Below, one piece after another: positions 59,346 through 64,000 of a stretch of 64,000 bases of DNA. The DNA comes from the human T2T-CHM13v2.0 reference genome, Homo sapiens. Both the position numbers and the translations under genes were made by a program. The stretch is from the NCBI RefSeq assembly GCF_009914755.1, contig NC_060947.1; one strand, given 5' to 3'. Position 1 is the stretch's first letter; every line of letters starts with the position of its first letter. The notes beneath the pieces were generated by a model. The model did not search any database, was not told where the DNA came from, and saw only the letters and a program-made list of their open reading frames with translations.

Positions 59346-61938
59346 GAGTCACCGCCTTCGGTGGAAGGTACCATTTCCGGGCAAGTGGGTCACCGCCTTC
59401 GGTGGAAGGTACCATTCCCAGGCACGTGGGTCACCGCCTTCGGTGGAAGGTACCATTCCCGGCAAGTGGCTCACCGCCTTCAATGGAAGGTACCATTTCC
59501 GGGCAAATGGGTCACCGCCTTTGGTGGAAGGTACCATTTCCGGGCAAGTGGGTCACCGCCTTCAATGGAAGGTACCATTTCCGGCAAGTGGGTCACCGCC
59601 TTCAGTGGAAGGTACCATTGCTGGGCAAATGGGTCACCGCCTTCAATGGAAGGTACCATTTCCGGGCAAGTAGGTCACCGCCTTCAATGGAAGGTACCAT
59701 TTCCGGCAAGTGGGTCACCGCCTTCAATGGAAGGTACCATTTCCGGGCAAGTGGGTCACGGCCTTTGGTGGAAGGTACCATTTCCGGGCAAGTGGGTCAC
59801 CGCCTTCAATGGAAGGTACCATTCCCCGGGCAAGTGGGTCACCGCCTTCGGTGGAAGGTACCATTCCTGGGCAAGTGGCTCACCGCCTTCAAATGGAAGG
59901 TACCATTTCCGGGCAAGTGGGTCACCGCCTTCAATGGAAGGTACCATTCCCAGGCACGTGGGTCACCACCTTCGGTGGAAGGTACCATTCCCAGGCAAGT
60001 GGGTCACCACCTTCAATGGAAGGTACCATTACCAGGCAAGTGGGTCACCGCCTTTGGTGGAAAGTACCATTCCCGGGCAAATGGGTCACTGCCTTCGGTG
60101 GAAGGTACCATTTCCGGGCAAGTGGGTCACCGCCTTCGGTGGAAGGTACCATTTCCGGGCAAGTGGGTCACCGCCTTCAATGGAAGATACCATTCCCAGG
60201 CAAGTGGGTCACCGCCTTCGGTGGAAGGTACCATTCCCGGGCAAGTGGGTCACCACCTTTGGTGGAAGGTACCATTTCCGGGCAAGTGGGTCACCACCTT
60301 CAATGGAAGGTACCATTCCCCGGGCAAGTGGGTCACCGCCTTCGGTGGAAGGTACCATTTCCGGGCAAGTGGGTCACCGCCTTCGGTGGAAGGTACCATT
60401 CCCGGGCAAGTGGGTCACCGCCTTCAATGGAAGGTACCATTTCCGGGCAAATGGGTCACCGCCTTTGGTGGAAGGTACCATTCCCAGGCAAGTGGGTCAC
60501 CGCCTTCAATGGAAGGTACCATTCCCCGGGCAAGTGGGTCACCGCCTTCGGTGGAAAGTACCATTCCCGGGCAAATGGGTCACTGCCTTCGGTGGAAGGT
60601 ACCATTTCCGGGCAAGTGGGTCACCGCCTTCAATGGAAGATACCATTCCCAGGCAAGTGGGTCACCGCCTTCGGTGGAAGGTACCATTCCCGGGCAAGTG
60701 GGTCACCACCTTTGGTGGAAGGTACCATTTCCGGGCAAGTGGGTCACCGCCTTCAATGGAAGGTACCATTCCCCGGGCAAGTGGGTCACCGCCTTCGGTG
60801 GAAGGTACCATTCCTGGGCAAGTGGCTCACCGCCTTCAAATGGAAGGTTCCATTTCCGGGCAAGTGGGTCACCGCCTTCAATGGAAGGTACCATTCCCAG
60901 GCACGTGGGTCACCACCTTCGGTGGAAGGTACCATTACCAGGCAAGTGGGTCACCACCTTCAATGGAAGGTACCATTACCAGGCAAGTGGGTCACCGCCT
61001 TTGGTAGAAAGTACCATTCCCGGGCAAATGGGTCACTGCCTTCGGTGGAAGGTACCATTTCCGGGCAAGTGGGTCACCGCCTTCAATGGAAGATACCATT
61101 CCCAGGCAAGTGGGTCACCGCCTTCAGTGGAAGGTACCATTCCCGGGCAAGTGGGTCACCACCTTTGGTGGAAGGTACCATTTCCGGGCAAGTGGGTCAC
61201 CGCCTTCAATGGAAGGTACCATTCCCCGGGCAAGTGGGTCACCGCCTTCGGTGGAAGGTACCATTTCCGGGCAAATGGGTCAACGCCTTCAATGGAAGGT
61301 ACCATTCCCGGGCAAGTGGGTCACCGCCTTCAATGGAAGGTACCATTTCCGGGCAAATGGGTCACCGCCTTTGGTGGAAGGTACCATTCCCAGGCAAGTG
61401 GGTCACCGCCTTCAATGGAAGGTACCATTCCCCGGGCAAGTGGGTCACCGCCTTCGGTGGAAGGTACCATTTCCGGGCAAGTGGGTCACCGCCTTCGGTG
61501 GAAGGTACCATTCCCGGGCAAGTGGGTCACCGCCTTCGGTGGAAGGTACCATTCCCAGGCAAGTGGGTCACCGCCTTTGGTGGAAGGTACCATTTCCGGG
61601 CAAATGGGTCACCGCCTTTGGTGGAAGGTACCATTTCCGGGCAAGTGGGTCACCGCCTTCAATGGAAGGTACCATTCCCCGGGCAAGTGGGTCACCGCCT
61701 TCGGTGGAAGGTACCATTTCCGGGCAAGTGGGTCACCGCCTTCGGTGGAAGGTACCATTCCCGGGCAAGTGGGTCACCGCCTTTGGTGGAAGGTACCATT
61801 TCCGGGCAAGTGGGTCACCGCCTTCAATGGAAGGTACCATTTCCAGACAAGTGGGTCACCGCCTTTGGTGGAATGTACCATTCCTGGGCAAGTGGGTCAC
61901 CGCCTTGGGTGGAAGGTACCATTTCGGGGCAAGTGGGA
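59346..61938. repeat. 41-bp GC-rich minisatellite (VNTR), about 63 copies
   Basis: Unit ggtcaccgccttcggtggaaggtaccatttccgggcaagtg (25/41 GC, 2-3 CpG). Confidence 0.98.
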
Positions 61939-61958
61939 CCCCACTGTGGGATCTTACC

Positions 61959-62430
61959 TGTCAGGCCTCTGAGCTGAAGCTCAGCCATTATCACTCCTGT
62001 GACCTGCACATATACATCCAGGTGGCCTGCAGGAGCCAAGAATTCTGGAGCAGCCAAAGAAAAAAACTACAAAGAAGTAAAACAGCCAGTTCCTGCCTTA
62101 ACTGATTAACTAAAATTACAATATTTTACTATTGTGACTTGTCCCTGCCCCAGTTTAGCTGATCAATCAACTCTGTGACATTCTTCTTCTGGACAATCAG
62201 TCTTATGATCTCTCCACCATGCACCTTGTAACCCCCTCTTCTGCTGACGATAGATAACCACCTTTTGCTGTAATTTTCCATTATCTACCCAGCTCCTGTA
62301 AAGCCACACCTTCCCCATCTCCCTTCGCTGACTCTCTTTTCGGACTCAGCCCACTTGCACCCAAGTGAATACACAGCTTTATTGCTCACACAAAGCCTGT
62401 TTGGTGGTCCCTTCACGGACGCGCGTGACA
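61959..62430 (+). mobile_element. LTR7C (HERV-H family) solo LTR
   Basis: Starts tgtcaggcctctgagc and ends cacacaaagcctgtttggtggt...gacgcgcgtgaca; ggcctgcaggagccaagaa is LTR7C-like; only an imperfect TSD (cttac/cttat). Confidence 0.88.
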
Positions 62431-62599
62431 CTTATCCAGCGGTACTTCCTGCAGAACCCTGACCTTTTACAAAAATCCACCAATTCAAAATGTATTGTGT
62501 GGATGGCTTCAGGATGGAAGCAGTCTCCACTCCTAAGCTTTGGGGGAGGAAGGGCTGAAAGTGATCGCTTAAGCCCCCTCTACCCCATCCAGCTTTCCC

Positions 62600-63230
62600 T
62601 TATAAATGAGATCCTATGCAGAGTTGGATAAGCTGTTACAGATCCACGGGTGCACACGCCTTTACCTGGAGCTATTGCATGTAAATTGTAAGGTTTTATT
62701 TAATTTTACAGGAAGGCCCTTCTTTTTCCTTTGCTTTCTTTTCTTTTTGTTTTGTTTTGTTTTTCTCTCTAGCTTATCATTCATACTGACAGATCCTGAT
62801 ATCTACAGTGACTTGGGGAATTTTCAAAGGACAGCGCTAAAACCTCTGCTTGGGAGGCAGGTCGGGGTGTCAGTGACTAATGTGGTTTGCAAGCAAACGC
62901 CTGGAGGGGCAGGGCTCTGACTGCAGTCTCCGTGTCTGTGCCCTTGGACAGAGGCTCAACCCCCGCGTCCGGGACTTTGAAGTTAGAAATGATATGTCCG
63001 TGTGAAAGTCGCTAAATTAATTTCCGAGGGACCGGCAAACACTGCGGGGCAGCTGATATGAAATTGGAAGGGATTTGAAATGGAAATCCAAGAAGGAGAG
63101 CCGCGGGGGGAGTGGGGATGGAGGAGGGGAGAGGAATCATCACAGCAAGGGAGGGAAAGAGAGGAGCAGGAAAATGCAGAGGCGGGGCGCAGCTGATTTT
63201 CACCAACAGACTGTTTTGCGAGCTCTCCTT
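62600..63230. promoter_or_regulatory. Candidate enhancer/promoter-like unique segment
   Basis: Repeat-free, retains CpGs; two CAGCTG E-boxes (about 63050 and 63190), GGCGGGGCG GC box (63181), homeodomain-like taaattaattt and ttttat/ttttac; motif evidence only. Confidence 0.3.
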
Positions 63231-63499
63231 CCATGCAAGGAGATCTTGTGTGTTTGTGTCCTGATAGACTTCAGTGCTGGACCATATTAAGGACAAGGAG
63301 AAACTCAGGCCATAGTAAGAAATGTCCGGCGTCTGGGGCAATTTCTTCTAAACTGGATGAGCCCATTTGGAGGACTGCTTGGGCCCAGGAGTTTGAGACC
63401 AGCCTGGGCAATACAGCAAGACCCTGTATCTACAAAACGGAGCCTCTTAAACGTGCATTACAGCCACCTGGACAGGGTGGGATTTGGGAGGCAGGTGCA

Positions 63500-64000
<501 letters not shown>

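Noticed and set aside
59346-61938. CRISPR-like array of palindromic repeats
   Set aside because: Units are contiguous with no unique spacers, there are no cas genes, and the DNA is primate.
59346-61938. p53 response elements (GGGCAAGTGG)
   Set aside because: Only 8 of 10 matches to one half-site, and half-sites are 41 bp apart rather than adjacent.
59163-62105. ORFs of 614, 856, 755 and 339 aa across the VNTR
   Set aside because: The 41-bp unit lacks stops in all three plus frames, so every frame cycles through the same three peptides. Indel variants are tolerated freely and there is no gene context.

Overview
Primate (human-like) non-coding genomic DNA. I find no credible protein-coding exon, RNA gene or CRISPR array; every long ORF in the track comes from Alu, L1, microsatellite or minisatellite sequence. 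The window holds about 55 Alus or Alu fragments, old and middle-aged L1 pieces, solo LTRs (THE1B/C x4, MLT1, MLT2, LTR2B, LTR7C, LTR47-like), MER82, MER20 x3, half a MADE1, many long simple-repeat tracts and three minisatellites (33, 44 and 41 bp). This mix resembles distal Xp (PAR1/Xp22.33), but that placement is inference. The most interesting signals are: (i) a 14-copy minisatellite whose unit contains a near-perfect four-pentamer heat-shock element, next to an 80-nt pre-miRNA-like hairpin; (ii) a 2.6-kb 41-bp VNTR abutting a HERV-H LTR7C, whose unit variants look like quasi-palindrome template-switch products; (iii) the same non-CpG A>C change in 10 of about 50 unrelated Alus; (iv) two neighbouring Alus flanked by ~155-160-bp TSD-like duplications; (v) several local templated insertions and fold-backs. 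Repeat subfamily names come from recalled consensus sequences, not from a database search, and coordinates are manual (+/- a few bp).
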